A stretch of DNA of 64,000 nucleotides, from NCBI GenBank assembly GCA_027491415.1, contig JAOZFH010000007.1, positions 17,266 through 81,265 on the forward strand, read 5' to 3'. The position numbers and the translations under genes are program-made. This document shows positions 18,381 through 28,523 of the stretch, piece by piece (positions within the stretch are counted from its first letter, which is position 1; every line of letters starts with the position of its first letter). Source of the DNA: Thermoproteota archaeon. GTDB lineage: Archaea > Korarchaeota > Korarchaeia > Korarchaeales > Korarchaeaceae. Below the pieces are notes generated by a model that worked only from the letters and a program-made list of their open reading frames with translations, did not search any database and was not told where the DNA came from.

Positions 18381-20219
18381 ATGGAGACGAAGACCTTAGT
18401 CGGCGTTTTCATCGTCCTCCTGATAGTGGTCGGAGGACTGGCCTACATCGCCGGCAAGAAGGCGGCGCCACCCGCGACGACGGCCCCACCCGCGACGACC
18501 GCTCCGCCAGCGACCACGGCGCCGCCCGAGACCACGCCGCCGCCGATGGAGGTGAAGAACCCGGACAAGCTCATAGTGGCCACCATCGGTGAGCCCGAGA
18601 CCCTCGACCCGGCGTGGGCGTATGACACCGCGAGCGGAGAGGTGATCTTCAACATCTACGAGACCCTCATCTTCTTCGACAGGGATAAGGTGGACCAGTT
18701 CATACCCATAATTGCCGAGCAGGTTCCGTCCGTCGAGAACGGCCTGATCAGGGACAACGGCACGACCATAGTTTTCCCGATCAGGTCGGGCATCAAGTTC
18801 CACTCCGGCAGGGAGCTCACCCCGGAGGACGTCGAGTACTCCCTCGAGCGCGTGCTCGTCATGGACAGGGACGGCGGTCCGTCCTGGATGCTCCTCGACC
18901 CGCTCCTCGGGGTCGAGACCACCAGGGACAGCGATGGCAACCTGATCGTCACTTGGGAACAGATCGACCAGGCCGTCGAGGTCGAGGGCAACAACGTCGT
19001 GCTCCACCTGGCCAAGCCGTACCCGATCACCGTGCTCTTCCAGATCCTGTCCCAGACCTGGAGCAGCATAGTGGACAAGCAGTGCGCCATCGAGCACGGC
19101 GCCTGGCCGGGGACCCCGGAGACCTGGCAGGACTACAACAACCCCGAGGTGCCTCCGCTCCAGGAGGCCGACTGCGGCTCCGGTCCGTTCATGCTCGACA
19201 GGTGGGAGCACGGCAAGCAGGTCGTCCTGAAGAGGTTCGACGACTACTGGAGGGGACCGGCCAACTTCAGCGAGTTCATCATCATGAAGGTCGACGAGTG
19301 GGCCACCAGGAAGCTCATGTTCCTCAAGGGCGACGTTGACATGGCCTACGTGCCCGCGCAGCACATGAAGGAGATCGAGGGCGCCGAGGGCATCAGGGTC
19401 TACAAGAACCTGCCCACGGTGTCCAACGCCGCGGTGTTCTTCACCTTCGAGGTCGATCCGAACAGCCCCTACATAGGCAGCGGCAAGCTCGACGGCAACG
19501 GCATCCCGCCCGACTTCTTCTCCGACATCAACCTCAGGAAGGCGTTCGCCTACTCCTTCGACTTCGACAGGTACATAGAGGAGGCTTGGTTCGGCGAGGC
19601 CGCGAGGACGCCTGGTCCAATCCCGCAGGGCCTGCCTGGCTACGACCCCAACCTGCCGATGTACGAGTTCAACCTGACCAAGGCCGAGGAGTACTTCAAG
19701 AAGGCCTGGGACGGCCAGGTCTGGGAGAAGGGCTTCTACTTCGAGCTGCTCTACAACGTGGGCAACGTCCAGAGGAAGACCGCCGCTGAGATGATCAAGG
19801 AGAATGTGGAGAGCCTCAACCCGAAGTTCAAGATCTACGTAAGGGGCGTCGAGTGGCCCGAATACCTCAAGGCCATGGTCAGGCGCCAGCTGCCGATGTT
19901 CATCATCGGCTGGCTCGCCGACTACCCCGACCCGTACAACTTCGTCTTCCCGTACATGCACTCCTCCGGAACCTTCGCCGCCTGGCAGGGCTACAGCAAC
20001 CCGCACGTTGACGAACTCGTCGAGGAGCTGATCACGACCTCGGACCAGAACAGGAGGATCGAGATCTGCAGGGAACTCACCCAGATCTACTACGAGGAGG
20101 TACCCAGCTTCATCATCTACCAGCCGCTCGGCAGGCACTACGAGAGGACCTGGGTCCACGGCTGGTACTACAACCCGATCTACCCAGGAGTCTACGCCTA
20201 TCCGCTCTGGAAGGGCTGA
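18381..20219 (+). CDS. dppA: Peptide ABC transporter substrate-binding protein (family 5), N-terminal anchor
   Basis: TM + PPATTA linker, PETLDPAWAYD, IYETL, GSGPFML, GWLADYPDP. Confidence 0.9.
   Translation: METKTLVGVFIVLLIVVGGLAYIAGKKAAPPATTAPPATTAPPATTAPPETTPPPMEVKNPDKLIVATIGEPETLDPAWAYDTASGEVIFNIYETLIFFDRDKVDQFIPIIAEQVPSVENGLIRDNGTTIVFPIRSGIKFHSGRELTPEDVEYSLERVLVMDRDGGPSWMLLDPLLGVETTRDSDGNLIVTWEQIDQAVEVEGNNVVLHLAKPYPITVLFQILSQTWSSIVDKQCAIEHGAWPGTPETWQDYNNPEVPPLQEADCGSGPFMLDRWEHGKQVVLKRFDDYWRGPANFSEFIIMKVDEWATRKLMFLKGDVDMAYVPAQHMKEIEGAEGIRVYKNLPTVSNAAVFFTFEVDPNSPYIGSGKLDGNGIPPDFFSDINLRKAFAYSFDFDRYIEEAWFGEAARTPGPIPQGLPGYDPNLPMYEFNLTKAEEYFKKAWDGQVWEKGFYFELLYNVGNVQRKTAAEMIKENVESLNPKFKIYVRGVEWPEYLKAMVRRQLPMFIIGWLADYPDPYNFVFPYMHSSGTFAAWQGYSNPHVDELVEELITTSDQNRRIEICRELTQIYYEEVPSFIIYQPLGRHYERTWVHGWYYNPIYPGVYAYPLWKG
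18465..18545 (+). repeat. Degenerate 18-bp tandem repeat encoding Pro/Ala/Thr linker (APPATT x3, APPETT)
   Basis: About four imperfect units in the coding sequence. Confidence 0.8.
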
Positions 20220-20227
20220 GTCAACCC

Positions 20228-20244
20228 TTCCACCCTCTTTTTTG
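20228..20244 (+). terminator. Pyrimidine/T-rich archaeal terminator after the SBP gene
   Basis: TTCCACCCTCTTTTTTG directly after the stop codon. Confidence 0.5.
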
Positions 20245-20394
20245 AAGCTTGGTAAAGAATCTCCGAGTTTACCAGACCTCCTGGCGTTCAAGGGACCTTC
20301 CGCCAGCCGGCTGGCCGAAAGCACCTTTTGGGAACACTTTTTTACCATAGCGGGGAAAGATCCCCGCCCTCGGAGATCCGTCGGGTGAACCCGA

Positions 20395-21435
20395 ATGGGA
20401 GGTATGAGAACTTACATAATCAGGCGGCTCCTCCTAATAATACCCACGCTGCTCGGCGTTTCAATACTCGTGTTCTCCGTATCAATGGTGTTCTCCCCCG
20501 AGGAGAGGGCCGCGCTGTACGTCGGCGAGGGAGGGTTCAAGGCGGCCGCAAGGATTCAGGCGATAATCAAGAAGTACGGCCTGGACCAGCCAGTCTACGT
20601 TCAGTACTATAACTGGCTGAAGAACGTTCTTCAAGGCAACCTCGGGTGGTCGAAGTCGCTGAACATCCCAGTCGCCAGGGCCTTCACCGAACTCTGGCCC
20701 GCGTCGGTAGAGATAGCGATCTACGCGGCCCCCCTCATAGTAATAACCGGAATCATGCTCGGGAGGATATCGGCCGTCCACAGGGACAGGTGGCCCGACC
20801 ACATCTCGAGGATATTCGCTATAGTTGGTTGGTCCCTCCCCACCTTCTGGTCCGCGATCGTACTTCTCGCCATATTCTACGGGGCGCTGGGATGGTTCCC
20901 GCCGGGGAGATTGAGCCCCGAGGCGCAGAGCATTGTCCACTCTGCAGAGTGGGTGAGCTACACGGGGCTCTACACAATAGACGCCTTACTCAACAGGAAC
21001 CTGTTCGTGTTCGCTGACGCGCTCAGGCACCTCTTCCTCCCCGTCCTCAACCTCGTCATCGTCGGAAACGCCGGCATAATGAGGGTGATGAGGTCCAGCC
21101 TGCTCGAGGAGCTCCACAAGGAGTACGTGATGGCCGCCAGAACCAGGGGGGTGCCCGAGAAGGCGGTGATAAACAAGCACGCTATGAGAAACGCCATGAT
21201 ACCGGTCGTCACGATGGCCGGGGTGCTGGTGGCCGGCTTCCTGACGGGGCTTGTCATCACGGAGACGGTCTTCGAGTTCAAGGGCCTCGGGTACTGGGCC
21301 GCCCACGCCGCCACGCAGCTGGACTTCCCGGCCGTGCTGGCGTTCGCCCTGTTCTCCGGGATAGTGTTCGTTGTCTCTAACCTCTTGGTGGACATACTCT
21401 ACGCTTATCTGGATCCGAGGATAAGGCTGGGGTGA
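20395..21435 (+). CDS. dppB: Peptide ABC transporter permease
   Basis: YIIRRLL, YGLDQP, SLPTFW, EYVMAARTRG, HAMRNA, DPRIR. Confidence 0.92.
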   Translation: MGGMRTYIIRRLLLIIPTLLGVSILVFSVSMVFSPEERAALYVGEGGFKAAARIQAIIKKYGLDQPVYVQYYNWLKNVLQGNLGWSKSLNIPVARAFTELWPASVEIAIYAAPLIVITGIMLGRISAVHRDRWPDHISRIFAIVGWSLPTFWSAIVLLAIFYGALGWFPPGRLSPEAQSIVHSAEWVSYTGLYTIDALLNRNLFVFADALRHLFLPVLNLVIVGNAGIMRVMRSSLLEELHKEYVMAARTRGVPEKAVINKHAMRNAMIPVVTMAGVLVAGFLTGLVITETVFEFKGLGYWAAHAATQLDFPAVLAFALFSGIVFVVSNLLVDILYAYLDPRIRLG

Positions 21436-21442
21436 TGTTGAG

Positions 21443-22384
21443 GTGGCAGGGAGTAAGGAGAAGGAGCTCGGCAGGGTGCCTTTGCGAGAGAGGGCGTGGT
21501 TCAAGGAGCTGGTTTTCACCCTCAAGAGAATAAGGGAGAGTCCGCTCTCTCTGGCGGGCCTGACGATCGTCGCTTTCTTCGCGATCATAGCCATATTCGC
21601 GCCGCTGATAGCCCCGCCCCAACCCGGCAGGGATCCATACGTCATGCCCAGGCATGGTTACTTGGCGACTCCAAAGCCTCCGAGCGACGAGTTCCCATTC
21701 GGGACCACCGAGGGCCAGTACGACATGTTCTACGGCTGCATTTGGGGGACTAGGACGGCCTTCAGGGTTGGCCTCCTGGTCGTTGGCGGGGCCCTGGCCA
21801 TAGGGGTGACCCTCGGGGCCCTGTCCGGGTACTTCGGCGGAATCCTGGATGAGATAATCATGAGGATCACCGACATTATGTACGCATTCCCGGGGCTGAT
21901 CCTGGCCATGGCGTTCGTGACGGCCTTTGGGGTCGGCCTGGACAACGTGATCAAGGCGCTCATCCTGGTGGGCTGGCCCACCTACGCTCGACTCACCAGG
22001 GCCGGAGTGCTTCAGGTCAGGCAGGAGGACTACGTCGAGGCGGCTAGGGCGATAGGCGCGTCAAACGCTAGGATACTGCTGAAGCACGTCCTGCCGAACA
22101 GCATCTACCCAGTCGTAATAGTCTCAACCCTCGACATCGGATCCATGGTGCTCACGGCGGCCGCGCTGAGCTTCCTCGGCCTGGGCGCGCCCATAGGCTA
22201 CGCGGACTGGGGCCAGCTCATATCCATGTCCCGAAACTGGATACTGGGAGAGGCTGGCAACCCGTTCGCCTACTGGCACACCTACACGATCCCCGGCATC
22301 TTCATCTTCACGTTCGTCCTAGGCTGGAACCTGCTCGGCGACGCGTTCCGAGACATACTGGATCCGACCCTCAGGAGGAGGTGA
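21443..22384 (+). CDS. dppC: Peptide ABC transporter permease
   Basis: FPFGT, YVEAARAIGA, HVLPN, LSFLGLG, GDAFRDILDP. Confidence 0.92.
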   Translation: MAGSKEKELGRVPLRERAWFKELVFTLKRIRESPLSLAGLTIVAFFAIIAIFAPLIAPPQPGRDPYVMPRHGYLATPKPPSDEFPFGTTEGQYDMFYGCIWGTRTAFRVGLLVVGGALAIGVTLGALSGYFGGILDEIIMRITDIMYAFPGLILAMAFVTAFGVGLDNVIKALILVGWPTYARLTRAGVLQVRQEDYVEAARAIGASNARILLKHVLPNSIYPVVIVSTLDIGSMVLTAAALSFLGLGAPIGYADWGQLISMSRNWILGEAGNPFAYWHTYTIPGIFIFTFVLGWNLLGDAFRDILDPTLRRR

Positions 22385-23637
22385 GAATGCCCAACCCCGA
22401 TTCCGATCCCGGCGCGCTTGAGGCGGTTGAGGAGAGGCCCGAGGTCAAAGCCTCGGCCCAGGAGAGGAACGTGCTGATGGAGGTCAGGGACCTGAAGGTC
22501 CGATTCTACACCTACGAGGGGGTCGTGAAGGCCATTGACGGCGTCGACTTGGACATCCTGGACGGGGAGACCCTGGGGATCGTCGGCGAGACCGGCAGCG
22601 GGAAGTCCGTCACTACCTACGCTATGATGAACCTCATCCCGCCCCCCGGGAAGATCGTCGCCGGCAGAGTCGTCTACTACATGGATGGGAAACCCCTGGT
22701 CCTCACGGAGATGGATGAGGAGGACCTCAGGAAGCTGAGGGGGGCCGAGATCTCGAGGATCTTTCAAGAGCCGAAGGCCGCCCTGAACCCAGTCTTCAAG
22801 GTCGGTGACCAGGTGGCCGAGGCCATCCTGATACACAGGATGGACGAGATGATCGGGAGGGCGATAGCGACCCTCGAGGAGGAGTCCAAGGCAGGCGGCC
22901 TGAGGGGGGCGCTGGCCAGGGCCAAGCTCGCAGTCATGAGGATGGCCAAGGAAAACCCCAGCGGCCTCGCCCTGAAGCTCCTCCTAAGGGTCCCAATCCT
23001 CAGGAGACTCTACTGGTCTCCGGTGAGCGCAGAGGCCAGGAGGGATGTTGTTAGACTCCTCGGCCTCATGGGGATCCCGGATCCGGACCGGGTTTACGAC
23101 ATGTACCCGCACGAGCTGAGCGGGGGGATGCAGCAGAGGATAGTGATAGCGACAGCCCTCTCCTGCAACCCCAGGATGCTCATAGCCGACGAGCCAACCA
23201 CCAATTTGGATGTCACGGTTGAGGCCCAGATAATTGAGCTCATGAAGGAGCTGAAGAAGCAGTTCGGCTCCACGCTCGTATACATAACCCACGACATGGG
23301 GGTCATAGCGGAGGTCTCCGACAGGGTCGCTGTTATGTACGCCGGCAACATATGCGAGGTCGCCGACGTCTTCACGCTGTTCAAGGAGCCCCTCCACCCC
23401 TACACAAAGGGACTGCTTGAGGCCATTCCGATGCCCGGCAGGGAGCTGAAGGCCATCCCGGGCACCGTCCCCAACCTGATCAACCCGCCGACGGGATGCA
23501 GATTCCATCCCAGGTGCGCCCACGCGATGCCGAAGTGTAAGGAGCACAAGCCGAGGCTCATCGAGGTGAGGCCGGGTCACAAGGTTGCCTGCTTCCTCTA
23601 CCACGATCAAGTGGCCGACGAGGGGGGCGAGGAGTGA
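22381..23637 (+). CDS. dppD: Peptide ABC transporter ATPase with helical insertion
   Basis: GETGSGKS, LSGGMQQR, ADEPT, HPYT, CRFHPRC. Confidence 0.92.
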   Translation: MRMPNPDSDPGALEAVEERPEVKASAQERNVLMEVRDLKVRFYTYEGVVKAIDGVDLDILDGETLGIVGETGSGKSVTTYAMMNLIPPPGKIVAGRVVYYMDGKPLVLTEMDEEDLRKLRGAEISRIFQEPKAALNPVFKVGDQVAEAILIHRMDEMIGRAIATLEEESKAGGLRGALARAKLAVMRMAKENPSGLALKLLLRVPILRRLYWSPVSAEARRDVVRLLGLMGIPDPDRVYDMYPHELSGGMQQRIVIATALSCNPRMLIADEPTTNLDVTVEAQIIELMKELKKQFGSTLVYITHDMGVIAEVSDRVAVMYAGNICEVADVFTLFKEPLHPYTKGLLEAIPMPGRELKAIPGTVPNLINPPTGCRFHPRCAHAMPKCKEHKPRLIEVRPGHKVACFLYHDQVADEGGEE

Positions 23638-24734
23638 TGATCGCGAGGGAATACGCGGAGAGCTGGCTGGAGAAGACTCAGGGTGCCCTGCTCCGAACGA
23701 TGGGACTCAAGAAGCACTTCCCAGTCTTAGGGGGAGTGCTCAAGCGTCCCGTGGCCTGGGTCAGGGCCGTCGACGGCGTGGACATCTGGATTCAGAGGGG
23801 GGAGACGCTCGGGCTGGTGGGCGAGTCGGGCTGCGGAAAGACCACCCTGGGGAGGACCATAATCAGGCTGCTCGATCCGACCGAGGGTCACATATTCTAC
23901 GACCTGCCCGAGGAGACGATAAAGCGTATAATCGAAGCAGAGGAGCGCGGCGACAAGCAGGAGCTGAAGAGGCTGAGGGAACAGTTCGACCTGGCCGCAA
24001 TGAAGGGCAAGAAGCTGAAGGAATATAGGAGAAGAATGCAGATTGTGTTCCAGAACCCGCTCACGGCCCTCAACCCTAGGATGATGGTGAAGGACATCGT
24101 CGCAGAGCCACTCGTCGTCCAGAGAATCGCGAAGGGCGAGGCGGCGATGGAGCGCGTGCTCGAGGCGCTCCAGGCGGTGGGCCTGGGCAGGGAGCACCTC
24201 AGGAGGTACCCCCACGAGTTCAGCGGGGGGCAGAGGCAGAGGATCGCCATCGCCAGGGCGCTGGTCCTAAGGCCGGAGTTCCTCGTCCTCGACGAGCCCA
24301 CCTCAGCGGTTGACGTATCGGTCAGGGCCAGGCTGCTGAAGCTCCTCGGGGAACTCCAGGAGAAGTACGGCCTTACCTACCTGTTCATAAGCCACGACCT
24401 CTCTCAGGTGCAGGTGATCAGCGACAGAGTCGCCGTGATGTACCTCGGCAAGATCGTCGAGCTTGCGGACACGCAGACCATCTTCGAGAAGCCCCTGCAC
24501 CCATACACCCAGGCCCTCTTCTCCGCGAAGCCTGTGCCCGACCCCGTGCTCGCAAGGAAGAAGAAGAGGATCGTGCTGAAGGGCGACGTTCCCAGCCCAG
24601 TGAATCCGCCGTCAGGCTGCAGGTTCCACCCACGCTGCCTCAAGAGGTTCGAGCCCTGCGACAAGGAGGAGCCGCACCTCATTGAGGTCGAGCCGGGCCA
24701 CTGGGTGGCCTGCCACCTCTACCCGCCTGGGTAG
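23634..24734 (+). CDS. dppF: Peptide ABC transporter ATPase
   Basis: GESGCGKT, FSGGQRQR, LDEPT, HPYT, CRFHPRC. Confidence 0.92.
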   Translation: MMIAREYAESWLEKTQGALLRTMGLKKHFPVLGGVLKRPVAWVRAVDGVDIWIQRGETLGLVGESGCGKTTLGRTIIRLLDPTEGHIFYDLPEETIKRIIEAEERGDKQELKRLREQFDLAAMKGKKLKEYRRRMQIVFQNPLTALNPRMMVKDIVAEPLVVQRIAKGEAAMERVLEALQAVGLGREHLRRYPHEFSGGQRQRIAIARALVLRPEFLVLDEPTSAVDVSVRARLLKLLGELQEKYGLTYLFISHDLSQVQVISDRVAVMYLGKIVELADTQTIFEKPLHPYTQALFSAKPVPDPVLARKKKRIVLKGDVPSPVNPPSGCRFHPRCLKRFEPCDKEEPHLIEVEPGHWVACHLYPPG

Positions 24735-24793
24735 GGGCGGCCCAAATTCTTTATTGACGCGAGAACAACCAGGGGCGTTGAGAGGAGGTTCAG

Positions 24794-25363
24794 ATGCCTC
24801 GGAAGAAGAGAGCCAAGTCTAGACGCTTGATGGCCCTGGCGTTCATAGGGATCATGGCTTTCGGCTCCCTGGCCTACGGGCTCACGCTGTTGACGAGGGA
24901 GAACTACCCAGTCCCCCCCAAGGACGTAACAATCGAGCAGATAAGGTACACGTTCGACTGCCCCGGTAGGGCCATAATCAACAGCGCCATGATGCTCTCG
25001 ACGACCCCCGAGGGCTTCCTGCTTGAGGGCGGGGAGGGCGTGCAGTTCTTGGCCGAGTACAGGTACCCGAGGGTCATGGTCATGATAGCGTTCATGAAGT
25101 TCGACAACAGCACGTCGGCCAGGCGGATAGGGGAGAAGATCGCGGACTACGCCGCCAACTTCACTGCGAACTACACGAGCTGGGAGTGCGACGTCGGGGG
25201 TGACGAGGGCCATGCGAGGTTCGAGTACCCCGGCCTAACTTGGGAGATGTGGTACTCCGGTGACTGGGTCATTGAGCTGATAGTTGGGGAGTCCGGCGGG
25301 ATAGGAAGGCGGATAGCAGACGACGTAAAGGCCTGCATAGCCCAGCTACCTGCTAGGGCCTGA
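24794..25363 (+). CDS. Hypothetical membrane-anchored/secreted protein
   Basis: GAGGAGG RBS, basic N-terminus plus TM helix, host-like codon usage. Confidence 0.7.
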   Translation: MPRKKRAKSRRLMALAFIGIMAFGSLAYGLTLLTRENYPVPPKDVTIEQIRYTFDCPGRAIINSAMMLSTTPEGFLLEGGEGVQFLAEYRYPRVMVMIAFMKFDNSTSARRIGEKIADYAANFTANYTSWECDVGGDEGHARFEYPGLTWEMWYSGDWVIELIVGESGGIGRRIADDVKACIAQLPARA

Positions 25364-25667
25364 GCGCGGTTCCTTTAGTACAGAACCCCGCGACTGGAGT
25401 GTTAAGACTGGTACCACAGCGCCCCTCAGGTCCGCCCGGATCCGCGGGGGTCGTTGACTTTGAGTGGGCGGCAGACACAGGGGCTCTGGCCTACTGGGTT
25501 CTCGGCGCCCCCTCGCCACAGGGACCTGAAAGATTAGGTCTGTCAAACCGCTTGAATCTTGGGATTTCGGAGTTGGCCTCATGAAATAGCCTTTTTATTT
25601 GTGATCTTCAGCAGTCTTCAACAGCCCAGCCCTAAGGGCGGGGTGATATCCCCGGCCTAGAGGGGGT

Positions 25668-28385
25668 ATGCAGATGTGGGGTAGAAAGAGAATAGGTGTA
25701 GCCGCACTGGCCTTCGTCCTCACTGTGCTCCTGCTTCCGCTCGGGACCATCTCTGCTCAGCCGAGGAAGGGACCGGCAGTCGACGAGGTCATAGTAGAGA
25801 CCAGGGCCACTGGAGAGGTGGCGGTTGGCGACGTAGCCACGGGCAGACTCGACTTCTACGCTAAGTCTCTGGCCCCAACGGTCTACGAGGGCCTCCCGGA
25901 GTACCTCAAGGAGAACCTGAGGCTCATACCCAACGCGGGAGGTACCTGGGAGATAACTCTGAACCCGTACTATGAGGAGGGCACCCCCTACCTCGTCAAC
26001 GTCGAGGGCAAGACGTACTTCAACCCCTTCGCCATCAGGAAGGTCAGGTTCGCGATGAACTACCTGATCAACAGGAAGTACTTGGTGGACGAGGTCCTCA
26101 AGGGAGGCGGCGAGGTTGCCTACTCGCCGATATCGCCCTCTCACCCAGCCTACAAGTACTTCGAGGACATCTTCAAGAACTTTGGATTCACTCCGGAGGG
26201 CAACGAAGAACTTGGACTTCAGATGATCGACGAGGCGCTCACCCAGGCCGCTGAGCAGCTCGGCGGTAGGCTCAGGAAGGTACCAGATCCAAGGGCCCCA
26301 GCTGGCTATTGGTGGACCTTCGACGGCGAGCCTGTCACCGTGAAGTTCTTCATAAGGATAGAGGACGAGAGGCACGAGGAGGGCCTCTACGTCGCCAGCC
26401 AGATAGAGAAGGCTGGCATCAAGGTTGAGAGGATAGAGGCCAACTTCCTCAAGTGCATCTACACGGTCTACTTCAGCAACCCTGCGGACTACGAGTGGAA
26501 CCTCTACACCGCCGGGTGGGGCGCTACCGCCGCTTCTCCGTTCGTTGAAGGCGACCTGGCTTGGTACTACTCGCCTGAGTTTGGGTGGATGCCAGCCTAC
26601 CAGATGGCCGGTTGGTGGGAGTGGCAGAACGAGACGATCGACAAGTTGACGGAGGACTTGGTGTTCATGAACGTCGCTAGTGCCGACGAGTACTGGGAGA
26701 AGGCTAGGAAGGTAATGGAGATGGGAGTGAGCGAGAGTATCAGGGTCTTCACGGCGACAACCATAGACTACTTCCCGGTCAACAAGGAGAGGGTGACTAG
26801 GATAGGCTACGATGCGGTGACTGGTCTGTGGTCCTTCTGGCCCTGGAGAACCGTAGAGACCGTTGACGGGAAGCTTAGGGTGGCGGTCGAGGCCCAGCAG
26901 GCGCAGATGTACACGAGCGCCTGGAACCCGCTCGGGGGTCTCGACGATGTCTACTCCCACCTGATTGCTAGGGCCACCTACGACCAGGGCGCTGCCAGAC
27001 ATCCCACAAACGCTGAGTACATGCCGGTGAGGGCGTCTTGGGAACTTCAGATCGACTACACCGTCGATGAGGAGGGCAACAAGGTCGGCAACATCGATGT
27101 GCCCTCCGACGCCGTCGTGTACGACTCCGTGAAGAACGAGTGGGTCACCGTGGGCTCCGGCCAGAAGGCCGTAGTCAAGGCCGTCATCAAGTACAAGCTC
27201 GGTAACTGGCATCACGGCATCCCGATGACACTCGACGACATCAAGTACGCCATTGCCTTCGCCTACGAGTGGTCTCACGAGGACGAGGAGGGCGACCCCT
27301 ACTACCACCCAGAGTACGCCTCTGGCATGGCTCCTCAGCTTGAATACTACAAGGGCTTCCAGTTCGTGGAGCCCGACACCATCATCGTCTACGGCGACTA
27401 CCTGCACATTGTGTCTGAGAACGAGACCGCCAGCTTCTACGTCTGGTGGCCCGTGCTCCCATGGGAGGTCTACGAGGCTGCCTCTTACATCATAGCCAAT
27501 GGCGGCCCAGTCAGCGGAAACGAGTACAGCTGGTACAAGGAGGAGGGCAAGGAGTACCTCGACTTAATCTCCCCGGCCCACCTCGTCGACCTGAGGGCGG
27601 CCGTAGAGGAGCTGAGGCTCGAGGGCCACATACCCGACGCGCTGAAGGGAGGCATCACCCCGACTCAGGCTGTCGAGAGGTACAACGCACTGCTCAGGTT
27701 CATGGACCAGTATGGCACTGCATGGGTCTCCAACGGTCCCTTCATGCTCGTGAAGTACGATCCTCAGAAGATGTACATGAGGCTCGTCGCCTTCAGGGAC
27801 CCGACCTACCCGTTCACAGAGGACTACTGGGTGAACAAGTTCTTCGTAGTCAGGGAGCGCGTTGAGGCTATCAACGCCCCAACGAGCATAACCGCCGGTG
27901 ACTCAATTGACGTGACCGCGAGCGTGATAGAGTCTCAGGAGTATCCTGAGGTCAAGGAGTACCCAGCTGAGGAGGCGTACGTTGCTGTCAGGCTCAAGGA
28001 CTCCGCTGGCAACATAGTCTACGAGACCGAGATGTCCATGGTGTCACCCGGCCAGTTCAAGGCAACAATACCGGGAAGCGCCACCGAGGGCAAGGAGGGG
28101 GCATTCACCATTGAGGTGCTTGCTGGCAAGACCTCCACTCTCGTGACCGGGACTTCCAGCGTTGACATAATCATAACAGCCCCCGCCCCGCCGCCGACCA
28201 CCGAGGCTCCGACCACCACCGCCCCGCCCGCCACGACCACCGCCCCGCCCGCCACGACCACCGCCCCGCCGCCGACCACTGCTCCGCCAGCAGGGCCAAA
28301 CTGGACCCTCATCGGCGGCGTCATAGTGCTGATAGTGATCGTAGCCGCCGCCTTCCTGCTGACCAGGAAGAAGTCCACTGAGTGA
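25668..28385 (+). CDS. oppA: Large oligopeptide ABC substrate-binding protein with C-terminal Pro/Thr linker and TM anchor
   Basis: Signal peptide, FNPFAIRKVRFAMNYLINR, WHHG, SNGPF, C-terminal TM + RKK; upstream of permeases. Confidence 0.85.
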   Translation: MQMWGRKRIGVAALAFVLTVLLLPLGTISAQPRKGPAVDEVIVETRATGEVAVGDVATGRLDFYAKSLAPTVYEGLPEYLKENLRLIPNAGGTWEITLNPYYEEGTPYLVNVEGKTYFNPFAIRKVRFAMNYLINRKYLVDEVLKGGGEVAYSPISPSHPAYKYFEDIFKNFGFTPEGNEELGLQMIDEALTQAAEQLGGRLRKVPDPRAPAGYWWTFDGEPVTVKFFIRIEDERHEEGLYVASQIEKAGIKVERIEANFLKCIYTVYFSNPADYEWNLYTAGWGATAASPFVEGDLAWYYSPEFGWMPAYQMAGWWEWQNETIDKLTEDLVFMNVASADEYWEKARKVMEMGVSESIRVFTATTIDYFPVNKERVTRIGYDAVTGLWSFWPWRTVETVDGKLRVAVEAQQAQMYTSAWNPLGGLDDVYSHLIARATYDQGAARHPTNAEYMPVRASWELQIDYTVDEEGNKVGNIDVPSDAVVYDSVKNEWVTVGSGQKAVVKAVIKYKLGNWHHGIPMTLDDIKYAIAFAYEWSHEDEEGDPYYHPEYASGMAPQLEYYKGFQFVEPDTIIVYGDYLHIVSENETASFYVWWPVLPWEVYEAASYIIANGGPVSGNEYSWYKEEGKEYLDLISPAHLVDLRAAVEELRLEGHIPDALKGGITPTQAVERYNALLRFMDQYGTAWVSNGPFMLVKYDPQKMYMRLVAFRDPTYPFTEDYWVNKFFVVRERVEAINAPTSITAGDSIDVTASVIESQEYPEVKEYPAEEAYVAVRLKDSAGNIVYETEMSMVSPGQFKATIPGSATEGKEGAFTIEVLAGKTSTLVTGTSSVDIIITAPAPPPTTEAPTTTAPPATTTAPPATTTAPPPTTAPPAGPNWTLIGGVIVLIVIVAAAFLLTRKKSTE
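28215..28270 (+). repeat. Exact 21-bp tandem repeat (ACCACCGCCCCGCCCGCCACG x2.7) in the SBP linker
   Basis: Units 28215-28235, 28236-28256, partial 28257-28270. Confidence 0.85.
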
Positions 28386-28393
28386 GGTGGACT

Positions 28394-28420
28394 TCCCCCC
28401 TCCTCTTTTCTTTAAATTTT
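28394..28420 (+). terminator. T-rich terminator after the SBP gene
   Basis: CCCCCCTCCTCTTTTCTTTAAATTTT after the stop codon. Confidence 0.5.
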
Positions 28421-28523
28421 GGGGGACAATAACAAAAATACCTGTCCTTCCCAAACAATGTTTTTGATCTGCTTGGCTAACCATTTTATATGCTGGTAGA
28501 ACGCCGCACATCGGTGCTGGCTA

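Noticed and set aside
18396-20348. 650-aa antisense ORF over the first SBP gene
   Set aside because: Shadow ORF from strong GC3 codon bias; no recognisable motifs, while the sense gene is a clear SBP.
22800-24030. Helical insertions in DppD and DppF as novel domains or inteins
   Set aside because: No intein terminal motifs; insertions in this region are familiar in archaeal peptide ABC ATPases.
25632-27407. 591-aa antisense ORF over the second SBP gene
   Set aside because: Same codon-bias shadow effect.
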